The notes: a model not told the origin generated them from the sequence alone. DNA of 64,000 nucleotides from Anthoceros angustus (GCA_010909165.1 MU008170.1:682001-746000), one strand, 5' to 3'. Shown: positions 48,179 through 61,056, counted from the first letter of the stretch. Numbers and translations: made by a program.

Positions 48179-48757
48179 ATGGATTCCCTTAGTAAGAGGA
48201 GGCCTAGAGTAAAGAAAAGAGATTGCCCTGCAAGACAACAAGAACAAGTTAGGAGCAAGAACATTAGAAGCAATAGAAGTTCACACATCATAGCAGGAGA
48301 GATTGATGAAACCTCTTTCTGCATAGCTAACTTCATTGCATCTATTCTAATTTCTAAACCAGATCAAGGGAAGTTGATTGAGCTAGCTAGACGTGATTTG
48401 CTAGAATTTCTTAGCCCAATTCACGTCAAAGCATTAGAGCTAGCAATCCAACATATCCCGAATTTGAGAGCCGGTACTAACACTCCTAATTCTTATAGTC
48501 TACAAGGCCAAGACATAGAAACTCATAAAATTGACGACCTAGATAGACAACTATCATCTCTTAGAATCCAACATCTTGATCTCAAGGGAGAGCTAACTGA
48601 ACTAAGGACAATGGTGTCCAGTCTCTCTAAGTTTATAGATGTGCAGGAATTTCCAAGCAGGTCGTCATCTCCTAATGCAGGTTATTACCCAAGGGAGGAG
48701 TTTCGAGCATGCAACAGAGAAGATGAAAAGCTATACCACCGAGGCTTAGTCCTCTAG
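48179..48757 (+). CDS. Extra ORF between PBS and gag of Copia 2, coiled-coil-like C-terminal half
   Basis: 192-aa open frame ending 11 nt before MAGVFNDEEE (gag); IDDLDRQLSSLRIQHLDLKGELTELRTMV has a heptad pattern. Confidence 0.55.
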   Translation: MDSLSKRRPRVKKRDCPARQQEQVRSKNIRSNRSSHIIAGEIDETSFCIANFIASILISKPDQGKLIELARRDLLEFLSPIHVKALELAIQHIPNLRAGTNTPNSYSLQGQDIETHKIDDLDRQLSSLRIQHLDLKGELTELRTMVSSLSKFIDVQEFPSRSSSPNAGYYPREEFRACNREDEKLYHRGLVL

Positions 48758-51700
48758 ATCGCCTTCTATGGCTGGAGTATTTAACGACGAAGAAGAAGTT
48801 TCAGCGTCACCAAACACACCCAGGATGGATCCTCCTGGAAATACTAATCATACTTTGATTAATCATTATGGTGACAGCTTTGAAGAGAAGGACAGGTTCA
48901 ATGGAAAGAATTATTATGTTTGGGCTATATGGATGAAAGGAGCCTTACGACAACGAGATCTCTGATAAATAGTCGAAGGAAGACTTCCCAGACCCACTGA
49001 AGGTTTTGAAGCACACCTTCGAACTTCCTGGGACGCCAGGGACGAGAAGGCGCAAGACCTTATTATCAGTGGACTTTCGGAGCAGATGGTGATACAAGTA
49101 GGTCATGCAAAGACCTCCCACGACATGTGGACTCAGCTTGCTCAACTCTACTCCTCAATGGATGTTATGAGTATCGTTGCCGCCTCCCGTAATTTCCGCA
49201 ATCTTCAAATGAAGGAGTCTGATTCCATTGAACACCATATAAGTGCTTTTCGACTGGCGAGATCTCAACTTGAAGCTGCAAGTGGCATCCTTGTCCATGA
49301 GTTGGAAGCATATGTTATCCTTCTATCTTCTTTGCCGCCATCATATAGAGCTTTTGTCACAACTCAAAATGCTGTCTTGCGTAATGCAAGAAGGGAGGCA
49401 GACGAGAATCCACAAGCAGACATTAAGCTCAGCATCGCCGAACTCATAGGAGCATTGATGCAAGAGGAATCAAGTCGGCAACACTTCAGAACCAATAAGC
49501 AACAAGTGACGTTCACTGGAAGGGGCAACGGAAGAGGACGAGGCAGAGGCCGAGGTTCTACTTCCCAACGACCCCAGAGTTCCAATGACAACTCTCGGAG
49601 ACGAGAGACTTCTTCTTCAACACCTGCAAGAGGTACCAAGAAGAAAGGCATCATTTGTAATTGGTGCAGGATCCCAAATCACATGGAAAAGGACTGTTAT
49701 AAGAAAAAGAATGGCGAGCCTAGAAAGGAGGCCGCACCTGGAGCTCATGTTGCTGTGAAGAAACAATCTTTCACAACACCATCAGCTCTCACTGTATGTT
49801 TGGCATCATCGAAGTCAACAAATCCAAATTGGTACTTGGACAGTGGAGCTACGTCACACATCTGTCACAGCAGAAACTCATTTGAGTCCTATTCGCCAGT
49901 ATCAGGATACCAAACTGTTCTGCTGGGCGATGACCACAACCTCCCATCTCTGGTGTAGGTTCAGTCGCTCTCAGATGTTCTTCAGGCCAAATTCTCTCCC
50001 TCAAAAATGTCCTTCATGTACCATCCATGTGTAAAACTTTAGTGTCAGCTGCTAGTTTATGTTCACAACATACTTTGCAGGTTATCCTAGATGCAGATAG
50101 TTGTATCATCTCTTATTTCCCGAGTGAGTCACTAGTCATCTGCACAGGCACTTTAGAGGACGGGTTATACAAACTGTCTGTCCGAGTGGGAACTACACAT
50201 GATAGGATACATGTAGCTTCTCAAAACTCTGTCACTTCTAATACAAAAGCACTCTGGCATTGTAGATTAGGTCATCCTAATAGCCAAAAACTTGTACAAA
50301 TGTCTAAGGGAAATTTATATAGAAACCCTTCCCTTACAAAGATAGAACCTCTATCATGGTGTGAATCTTGTGTCGTCACTAAAAGACATCAGGCACCCTT
50401 TCAAAACCACTCTCCCCAGCGGGCTAAGGGACCCCTTGAGTTAGTTCACACCGACATTTGCGGCCCAATCTCTGCACCATCCTTTAGCGGTTGCAGATAT
50501 TTCCTTACTTTTATTGATGATTTCTCCCGCTTTACCACAACATACACCCTTAAACACAAGAGTGAAGCTTTCCAGCATTTTAAGGATTACATGATGTGGG
50601 CGGAGAGACTTACAAAGAAGAAACTCAAGACACTGCATAATGAAGAGTTTATTTCAAGGCTTTTACCGACTTTTGTCGAGCACAAGGAATAGCTCAACAA
50701 CTTACGGTGGTTTATACACCCCAGCAAAATGGTGTAGCCAAAAATAAGAATCTCCGCCTTCAAGAAGTCACAGCTGTTGCTCACCCAAGCAAGGTTAGCT
50801 AAACCATATTGGGCGAAATGATAATAAAGAACCTACATAATTAATCGACTTCCAACCTCAGCGGTTAAAGGTATAACACCTTATGAAGCATTCACTGGCA
50901 GAAAACCTTCCATCGACCACCTTCGGGTATTTGGCTATACGGCATATGTTTATATTCCTAAATCACAGCGCAAAAAGTTAGATGACAAGGCTGCCAAGTA
51001 TACCTTTATTGGTTATACCGAAGGTATCAAAGGATACAAATTATTTGATCCAGTTACCAGGCGACTCATATATGCAAGGAGCGTTACCTTTCATGAGTCT
51101 CCCCTCCTATCACCGGTGGACTCTAGATCTCTTGTTTTCGTCCCCAACGATAATAATACGGCCACATCTTTTGATGATGATGAATTCATCAGCCTACATT
51201 ATTCTCCTTCCTCTACTTTGGTTGAACCCATAGTGCAGGAGGAGGAGGAGCCACCTTCTCCAAGACGACCAACTACTCCAGATCCAGATATGCAAATTCC
51301 TTTACACATTGAGGATTATCTGGATGAAGAGGAGCGTGCCTTAGAAGATATGGACAATGAAGAGCCGGTTCCCCCCTTAAATGAATCAGCTCTTGAAGCA
51401 CCTCCTGAAGACCCTGAAGCAGTAGATAACACTTCAGAATAAGTCGTCAACGAAGATGTACAACCTGCACCAAGGTACAACCTAAGAACCAGACCTGCTG
51501 TCTCAGGGCCCGCAAGATGGAAGGAACCACCATTAGGATACCTTACCACTTTTGATGATCCCTCTTCACCTTTCTCCCTTTTTCATCAAGTGTACAAAGA
51601 AGCTGATCCAAGAGCCTACAACCTTAAAACAAGCTTTTTCCTCTCCTGAGAAGGATCTATGGAAAGTTGCAGTGGACTCTGAGTATGACCCCCTAGTTAA

Positions 51701-52696
51701 GAACTCTACATGGGAATTGGTCAAACCTCCCAAAGGGAGAAAAATAGTTGGGAGTAAATGGGTATTCAAAATTAAACGCAAGGGTGATGGTTCCATAGAG
51801 AGATATAAGGCAAGACTAGTAGCCAGAGGTTTTACCCAGATACCCAGGTTTAGATTACATACCCTGGGCTACCTATGCTCCAGTAGCAAAGTTTGCCTCC
51901 TTTAGAATTATAATTGCCTTGTCTGCTCAACATGGTTTACATCTTCATATGATGGATGTCAAAACCGCTTATCTGCATGGCCGAATCCAAGAAGAAATAT
52001 AAACCTGAGGGTTATGAAGTCAAAGGCAAAGAAGACATGGTATGTAGGCTAATCAAAGGTCTCTATGGCCTAAAACAATCTGGAAAGGAATGGAACAAGG
52101 ATATACATGACAAGCTCATCAAGTATGGCTTTATACAGTCAAAGCAACGCTGATGCAAGTATGTATATTTTAAAGACAAAACATAACACAATTTACCTCT
52201 TACTTTATGTGGATGACTTATTTTTAGCATCATCCTCACTCTCCCATCTAGCTGAAGTTAAAGCTTGGTTAAGAAGTCACTATGAAATGACAGACTTGGG
52301 AGAACTCAATTATGCTCTTGGCGTGAATATTATAAGAGATAGAGGTAACAAATCCATTTCCTTAGTTCAGACAAAATATATAAAGGAAAGTTTAGCCAAG
52401 TTTGGACTTGAGGACGCTAAACCAGCCGCTACACCATTTCCTAGTGGCACAAGGCTCACATCAGAGATGAGCCCTAAATCAAATGCTGAAAAAGAAGAAA
52501 TGTCAGCTGTACCATATAGACATGCTGTTGGTACATTAATATACTTAAGCAACTTCACAAGACCTGACATATCTTTTGAAATTAGTGCTGTCTCACAATT
52601 TTTGGAGAACCCTGGACTACAACATTTGCAATGCGTCATGAGGATATTCAGGTATCTAAAAGGGACTATGCACACTGGCTTAATGTATAAACATAC

Positions 52697-55600
52697 CCAA
52701 GGCATATCCAAGCTAAATTTAATATCTTTGATCATATCGGAGACCCAGACTGAAAATCAGCCCGCTATGTTCTATTCTTTGGGAGGAGCTCCCATTTCAT
52801 GGTCAAGTAAAAATCAGAGAAGCTGCTTATCCGTTCCCAACCGTCCACAGCCCGCGGCGGAATGCGGCGGCCGTTGGCCCGTCTGCCTCGCACCACCAAT
52901 GGGGTGGCAAGGGACGGTTGGGAGCAGATAACTTTCGGTTTATCAAAACATAGAGGTTCCCCATCTAAGCCGATCCGAACCTAGGGCGCTTAACTCCGGA
53001 GTTTTGATGGAGCTACGTGGCACAACAACAACAACAACTTTATTTATGTCCACTAAGGATGGAAGAACCATCATGGGACGAGAGATAGTCTGTAAAAAGA
53101 GGTTTAAAAACCGAGTACACTTACGTGCGTCTGAACTAGAAGGCGACTGTATGAGGGAAGGCAGGAAAGAAGGCAAAGACTACTAGGAGTCCAACAAGGA
53201 TGCCGAAGATCAAGAAGCTCGAGAGACATAGTCCAGAGCCTAGGAATGTGGAAGAGAAAATCTGCGCAAGCGAGAAGGCACATTCAAAAGGTACCAATCC
53301 GTTAGACCACTCCATTGTAAGGTTTTGTATATTATCTTCACCTTTTAGCTTTAGTTTATGGTTTTAAGCTAATAGCTTTAGATTAAGTGGGAGTCTATTG
53401 ATGTTTTAGACCTCATTTTAAAGCTAGAGTTCACCCTACATTCATAATGAGTGGGAGTGATGAAATATATCTAGTTTAGGGCACTATTCATTAGGGCCAC
53501 ATCATAAACATTATTTTATCATCTAGGGCATTAGATAGTTATCTATTTAGTTGCTTTAGGTAGTTAGTTGTTAGTAGTTACAACAACTTGGTAGTTACAA
53601 CAACATATTGTTATAACCACCTAACCACCTCAACCACTTAGCCTATATAAAGGCTTGTACTTTACTCTTTAATTCATTCATTGCATTGTACTACTTTGCA
53701 TCTAAGAGCAAGACGTGATTTTCATCGATACATCGAATGAGAAGTTTGGATCGGGCCGATCTGCCGTCACTTACCATCCGAAGCCTTTGGGCGATACCCT
53801 TCAGCCTAGCAGCGATGTGGGCTTCCGTGTGCAGAAGCGCCGAGCGGCTGGTGTGTCTTTGAGGAAAAGTGAAGGCGATTCTGTGGGAGAGGATTTCCGA
53901 AAGCCTTGTTGCAACAAATTGTGCATCCGCAAGTTCACAAAAGAAGCTTTTCATGAGGCAGTGCGGGTTTTCGAGAATGGGCGAGCCGAGCAAGAGACAT
54001 TTACGCAATCGCCGGCGATTTCTAGGGAACAAGGGACGGTTTTCACTCACCTCATGGGTCGATTCCTATGCAATGTTGTTTGAAAGCCTTAGGCGTGTAT
54101 CATAGGGTCCACAAGGTACGAGGAGTTGAAGCGGATAGTTATTAGATGCACCATGGGACGCTAATAAGGCCAACCCTGTGTACAATCCTCCCATGCTTTG
54201 GCTACAATTGCACGGATGCCACTTTCCTTCACTTGGCCGGCGACTATCGAATGTGGAGGTATACAATCTACCGCTTTCAAGCATGAGGTTTGGATACAAT
54301 ACAAGAGTGGAATGGAGTCGAAGGTGAAGCGCTTTGTGTCGTATGCATATTTCTTGCTGGGGTCGAATTTCAAGCGGGTGAAGATACCCAAGTCAAACAG
54401 TTCTCAACTTGTTCCATGCGCTGGGTGAAGTTCAACATACGGAGCACCGATCAAATACCAAGGTAGGCCTCCTCCCAGCGGTCATCGTATGCATGGCGGA
54501 AGCATGTGGAGTAATGAAGGAGTTAGCGATGGATGGTGCCCGTACTGGGTGGCGGTGACATATCGGGAGCCGCCGTGCTGGCACCGCGTTGCTTTGTATG
54601 CGGGCGGTCGCCCTCCACCGCACGTAAAAAGCAGCCGGCATGGCGGCACCATAATGTCTGATGAAGGGCAGCATGGCGCCTCAAGTGACAATGGCGCCCG
54701 TGAAGAATCGGGATGGCCTTGCACTCCAATGGCGAGCCCTCGTGGTGCCCTCATTTGTGGCGGAAGGCGGCCATGGCGGGCATCCACTCCACACTTGAGC
54801 GCGGCATGCCGGGCTCTCATGTGGAGTGGATGGATAGGGCATGGCGCGCCCCAAACCGCAGTAGCGGTGAACTACGGTGCTTTGTCTCTGGAGGCGTTTG
54901 CACCTCCTCCAGGCACTGATGTGCTTGCATGCCCGTGCCCTCCAAGGTGCATTGGAGGTTCACTCCAACGTTGGAAGGGGGGCATGTCGACAGCCTGCTG
55001 TGGTCAGGGAATCCATGGTTTGGGTACTTGCCGTAAAAGCCATCAAAGGAGCGGGCCCGATGACGGTGTCTGGAACAAAAGTCAAGAACTCAAGCCCATC
55101 TTCAGATTCCCACAAGGGGGAAGTGGAGTATTGCTTACGCAGTAACCTTTCCCGTCCAACTTTGTCCTCATGTAATTTTGAGCTGTCTTTGAAATGAAAG
55201 GTTGTTCAACTTAGGAGCTTGTTGTATACTTACGCCGTTCACTAATTGTAATGGCCATACATATGTCCAGGAAGTCAGCCACCTCATCAACACTTTCACC
55301 TCTGGATTGGCGTGAGCAGACTTCAATATGTCCTCCATAGTTAGCAATGACCGGCCTCCTTATGTTTTAAATGCTTAGAGAAACAAGAAAACATTTGATC
55401 CACTTGGTCGCGTGATCGTGCCCCACGAGGAGGAATCCAACCTTCACCTTCTTGAGCGTCCGAGTTCAACAAGTATTCCGCAAATAGAAGGCGCTTCTTG
55501 TTCTCTCCATGTATTTGCGGTATAAGACTTGGGAAGTATCCCTGCGTGTGTATAACGTCATGGATAATAGTTATTGTTAAATTTGCATCATTCCTAAGAT

Positions 55601-58600
55601 TGGCATAATGCAAATCGCCCGAGCGATGTAATTATGTATCATGCATCCAACAACATGCCTTTGTGATCAGAACTATCCTCCTTCAAGTCCTTTGGCCACC
55701 TCAAAATATCTTATGTGATGTTTTACGGTCCATGCCGTCGATAGATAACAACATATATTTTTAAGGCTCCTTATGACGACCGATGCTTCGTCAACTTCTT
55801 CCGTTCCTCCATCGATCGTGTCCGATGCTTGTTGAATGCCTCTTGATACATAGCTGTATGGTATGTCATGGAACACCAAGGCATATCCAAGCTAAATTTA
55901 ATAGCATATGCCGATGTCGACTATGCCGGAGACCCGCATAAACAAAATCAGATCCGGCTATGTTCTATTTTGGGAGGAGCTCCCATTTCATGGTTTGGTC
56001 AGAGGCCGCTTATCCGCTCCCAACCGCCCCAGCCTGCAAAGGGGCCGCCGCTGGCGACGCCCCCTCGCACCCACCAATGGGGTGGCAAGACTGCTTGGGA
56101 AATAAGCGCTCCGTTTTTATTCATCAAAACATAGAGGTTCCCCATCTCGCACCGATCCGAACCTAGGCGCTTAACTCCGAGTTTTGATGGAGCTCTGTAC
56201 AACAACAACAACAACAACTTTATTTTATGTCCACTAAGGATGGAAGAACCATCATGGGACGAGAGATAGTCTGACGTAAAGAGGTTTAAAAACCGAGTAC
56301 ACTTACGTCTCAACTAGAGAAGCGACCTGTATGAGGGAAGCAAAGAAGGCAAAGACTACTAGGAGTCCAACAAGGACTGCCGAAGATCAAGAAGCTCAGA
56401 GAGACATAGTCCAGAGAGCCTAGGAATGTGGAAAGAGAAAAATCTGCGCAACGAGAAGCCGGCACATTCAAAAAGGTACCAATCCCGTTAGACCACTCCA
56501 CGAGCTGTAAAGGTTTTGTATATTATCTTCACCTTTTTAGCTTTAGTTTATGGTTTTAAGCTAATAGCTTTAGATTAAGTGGGAGTCTATTGATGTTTTA
56601 GACCTCATTTTAAAGCTAGAGTTCACCCCTACATTCATAATGAGTGGGAGTGATGAAATATATCTAGTTTAGGGCACTATTCATTAGGGCCACATCACTT
56701 AAACATTATTTTATCATCTAGGGCATTAGATAGTTATCTATTTAGTTGCTTTAGGTAGTTAGTTGTTAGTAGTTACAACAACTTGGTAGTTACAACAACA
56801 TATTGTTATAACCACCTAACCACCTCAACCACTTAGCCTATATAAAGGCTTGTACTTTACTCTTTAATTCATTCATTGCATTGTACTACTTTGCATCTAA
56901 GAGCAAGACGTGATTTTCATCGATACATCGAATGAGAAGTTTGGATCGGCCGACCGTCACTTACCATCCGAAGCCTTTGGCGATACCCTTCACCTAGCAG
57001 CGATGTGGGCTTCCGTGTGCAGAAGCGCCGAGCGGCTGGTGTGTCTTTGAGGAAAAGTGAAGGCGATTCTGTGGGAGAGGATTTCCGAAAGCCTTGTTGC
57101 CACAAATTGTGCATCCGCAAGTTCACAAAATAAGCTTTTCATGAGGAACGGTACAGGTTTCTGAGAATGGGCAGAGCCGAGCAAGAGACATTTCTGCAAT
57201 CGCTTGTGCGGCCTGATTTCTAGGCCAGAACAAGGGACAGGGTTTTCACTCACCTCATGGGTCAGATTCCTATGCAATGTTGTTTGAAAGCCTTCCGACG
57301 TGTATACTGCATAGGGTCCACAAGGTACGAGGAGTTGAAGCGGATAGTTATTCTGAATGCACCATGGGACGCTAATAAGGCCAACCCTCGTGTACAATCC
57401 TCCCATGCTTTGGCTACAATTGCCTGGATAGATGCCACTTTCCTTCACTTGGCCGAGCGACTATCGAATGTGGAGGTATACAATCTACCAGACACTTTCA
57501 CGAAGCATGAGGTTTGGATACAATACAAGAGTGGAATGGAGTCGAAAGGTGAACGCTTTGTGTCGTATGCATATTTTTGCGGCCGGGGTCTAATTTCCGG
57601 TGAAGATACCCAAGTCAAAGATTCTCAACTTGTTCCATATGCGGGTCAAGTTCAACATACGGAGCACCGATCGGAATTGACCAAGGTAGGCCTCCCGCTA
57701 TTGCGGTCCGTCATGGCATGGCGAGAAGCATGTGGAGTAATGAAGGGAGTTAGCAGTGGATGGTGCCGCGGGCATCTGTGGCGGCGTGACATATCGAGCG
57801 CCGCATAGCACCCGACACGTTGCTTTGTACGGCGCAGTGCCGGAGCCCTCCACCGCACAGAAAAACGAGCCGGCATGGCGGCACCATAATGTCTACAGTG
57901 AAGGGCACTGGCATGGCGCCGCCTGACAAACTGGCCGGCCGCCGCCGCTTTTGCCGTGAAGGGCTCCGGGATGGCCTTGCACTCCAATGGCGAGGCCCTC
58001 GGCTGCCGGTGCCCTCATTTGTGGCGGAGAGGGGCGGCCATGGCGGCGCCATCCACTCCACACTTGAGGGCGCCGGCATGCCGGTACCCTCATGTGTGGA
58101 GTGGATGGATAGGGCATGGCGACGCCCCCCAAGGCACTGCAGCGCGGTGAACTACGGGTGCTTTTTTGTCTACAGAGGAGGGCGTTTGCACCTCCTCTCG
58201 GCACTTCAGTGTGCTTGCATGCCCGTGCCCTCCAAGGTGCATTGGAGGTTCACTCCAACGTTGGAAGGGGGGCATGTCGACAGCCTGCTGTGGTCAGGGA
58301 ATCCATGGTTTGGGTACTTGCCGTAAAAGCCATCAAAGGAGCGGGCCCGATGGCGGTTCGGAACAAAGTCAAGAACTCAAGCCCATCTTGATTCCCACAA
58401 GTGGAGTATTGCTCTGCTAATGGTAACCTTTCCCGTCCAACTTTGTCCTCGCGGGTAATTTTGAACTGGTGCTGAAATGAAAGGTTGTTCAACTTCCGGA
58501 CCGCAGCTGTATACTTCCGGCCGCCGTTCACTAATTGTAATGGCCATACATATGTCCGGAAGTCAGCCACCTCTGTCAACACTTTCACCTCTGGATTCGG

Positions 58601-59206
58601 CGTGAACGAAGACTTCAATATGTCCTCCATAGTTAGCAATGACCGGGCCTCCTTATGTTTTAAATGCTTAGAGAAACAAGAAAACATTTGATCCACTTGG
58701 TCGTGCGTATGCCCCACGAGGAGGAATCCAACCTTCACCTTCTTGAACGTCCCGAGTTCAACAAGCATGTTCAAGTACGCAAATAGAAGCTGCTTCTTGT
58801 TCTCTCGGCATGTATTGTCCAGCTGCAGGTATAAGACTTTGGGAAGTATCCCTTCGTACGTGTGTATAACGTCATGGATAATAGTTATTGTTAAATTTGC
58901 ATCATTCCTAAGATTGGCATAATGCAAATACGCCCGCGCTCTGAACGTGTAATTATGTATCATGCATCCAACAACATGCACTGTGATCCGACTATCCTCC
59001 TTCAAGTCCTTTGGCCACCTCAAAATATGCGGCAGAGATGTTTTTTTCTGGTCCATGCCGTCGATAGATAACAACATATATTTTTGCGGCTCCTTGTACG
59101 ACTTCGACCGATGCTTCGTCAACTTCTTCCGTTCCTCCATCAGTCGTATCCGATGCTTGTTGAATGCCTCTTGATACATAGCTGTATGGTATGTCATGGA
59201 ACACCA
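52697..59206. repeat. Head-to-tail duplication D4 (~52697-55878 / 55879-59206), creating a third LTR at 56651-56922
   Basis: aaggcatatccaagctaaattt recurs at ~52699 and ~55878; cca microhomology; both copies end at gtcatggaacacc. Confidence 0.9.
53025..53350 (-). mobile_element. 5'-truncated LINE 3' end with (TTG)n tail inside Copia 2 (second copy ~56205-56530)
   Basis: Minus strand ends ccttagtggacataaataaagttgttgttgttgttg; degenerate YLFEC..LIFG..TGRF resembles the C-terminal end of LINE ORF2. Confidence 0.55.
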
Positions 59207-61056
59207 TTGTCAGACTTGTGGGCACCGAAATTCAATATCTTTGAAGACAGCACAGCTATTTGGGAAGACTGAAGTGACGTGCATTGAAACTGAGATCAGA
59301 AACTAGGACATAGGCATACTGCTGCCTATTATTCCACAGTCCAAATGCATAGTGATAGTAATGCATACAATCTGACAGCGCCTGCAGGAAGTCAGGCGGG
59401 CGAAGGACAAGAAAGCTAGTGATTGGGGTTTGACCGCACGTGAAGGCGTGGATCACTTGAAAAAAGGACTGGTGAAGCTACCAACATATTTGACTGCTGT
59501 GGAGGAAGAATGGTGGATGGATTTCTGGAATGATCAACACGAAATCGCAAATATTGTGGATCATAACATTGGGCTTGTTCTGCAAAACCCCTGGAGATGG
59601 TACGATAGGGCTGCCATCAAGCCCGAGTCCCCTTTGCACATACCTAAGAAGTCAGATCGACGAGGCTCTTTTGCGTGACATACCACACAGGGACATGTAT
59701 CTAGGGGCCTACCAAACTATTGAACGCCAAGAAGAGGTGGCAAGAAGGATGGATGGCGATATAATGGAGATACAGAAAGGAATGTTTATTGTGACACCGT
59801 GCGAGGGTGACACACACAATAGGGCGTTCTGGGTAGCGAAGGTTGTAAGTGTGCACCTTGGGGCCACTGAACCGTATTTGCTTGTGCACTGGTGGCGAAC
59901 TGAGCACACGGATGCTTATGAGGGCAAGTATGTTGGAGAATTTTTTCAAAGGACTGAAACTGACATTGGACCACCTGCCAAAAAAAGGTCAGGGAAAGTG
60001 CAAAGGGCCCCCAACATCCAAAAGGTTTTTGTGCGAAAAACCGTTATTATATACTACGGTTTCACTCACTTCAGAAACATCAGTACGCAGCAGATAAGAA
60101 AGCTATAAAGGAAAAGCTGAGTGCGCTCCGTCCTCACATTCAACCAAACACTTGGATGAGGCAATGGAGAGTGATGAAGATGGAGATGAGGCCTGTGTGG
60201 ACGGGGACAAGGGTCTCGATAAAGTAAGAGTAATGACATGTGCTAAGCAATCAAATAACAAGGGAACCTTATGTTTATCCCTAATTTCTCTTCATGGCAT
60301 AGGGTTTGAAATTCGGACACGAGGTGTCGGACATAAGTTTCATGTTCTTGTCATACATTGTTTTTAAGACATGCAGGACCACCATGCCGGCGATGAGTAC
60401 ATCTTAAATGTCACCTTGTAGCGTCTACCAGCTTTTGTCATGCTGCAATACACTGGCGCAATACATTGCTTCATTACACATATGCACTAGTCATAAACAT
60501 TTGCCGTTATAGACAGTAACCGGTGATGGCGGACATGGACTGGTTGTGCTCCACTTTCCACCCTCTAGACGTCATATGCTCCCATACTGTGTTAGTTTCA
60601 CAATCGATAACATGTATACAACTGCCGATTCATGCGCCGCGAGCTCGCAAAGATCGCCGCCCATGCCACACCTAACAATCGCCGCATACATTTTCAGCTG
60701 ATATGACAACCTCTACAAAACCCATACCATAGTTGTCTCCATATGTCTCCATGTGATTTTAAATGCAATGAATTGCTGTTCTCGGCCACAATGATTGCAA
60801 CACAAGCCACCGGAAACTCGAACGACCAGCTTTTTTCCCCGCAGGGAGGGGGAGAGAACATGGGTACTTTTCTCGGCGAAACGCATGATAAGCCAGGGAG
60901 AGCACCGTTTTTCCAGTATTGTGGTTGGCACAACTGTGTCTGACCGTGATGTTCACCCTTATTTTCTGTCGTTTTTTGCCGCCTACTCCCAAACATGCCA
61001 TTTTCATAACCATCTTAAACCCGGATCCACGTATATAGACCCCTGCAGCCGCTTCA

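Larger units (their letters stand above)
47706..53727 (+). mobile_element. Ty1/Copia element 2, full-length but degenerate, nested in the transposase
   Basis: LTRs 47706-47977 and 53458-53727 (TGATGAAA..TTTCATCA/G); PBS TGGTATCAGAGC 47978-47989; gag CCHC CNWCRIPNHMEKDC, protease WYLDSGATSH, integrase LELVHTDICGP, RT KARLVARGFTQ / LLLYVDDL, degenerate RNase H; PPT-like GAGTGGGAG; flanks ATAAT / ATACA. Confidence 0.95.
47520..60200 (+). pseudogene. Sola-like / DUF7869-type DDD transposase, spliced; split by Copia 2, partly duplicated, catalytic core inverted
   Basis: Plus-strand N-terminus ..KPCCNKLCIRKF..CLKAFRRVYCIG..YNLPDTFTKHEVWIQY..VKIPK..FSTCSIC; minus-strand core (59181 to ~58300) LLSIDGMDQ..VLYLQLDNTCRENK..GFLLVGHTHDQVDQMFS; plus-strand C-terminus WWMDFW..MFIVTPCEG..AFWVAKVV..LLVHWW. 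Confidence 0.8.

Noticed and set aside
54430-55145. GC-rich ORFs at 54430-55145 and 57650-58390
   Set aside because: Frames differ between the two copies and show no motifs; probably intron or insert within the inverted transposase segment.
56651-56922. Independent solo LTR or third retroelement
   Set aside because: It is part of duplication D4 and has the same flanks as the 53458-53727 LTR.
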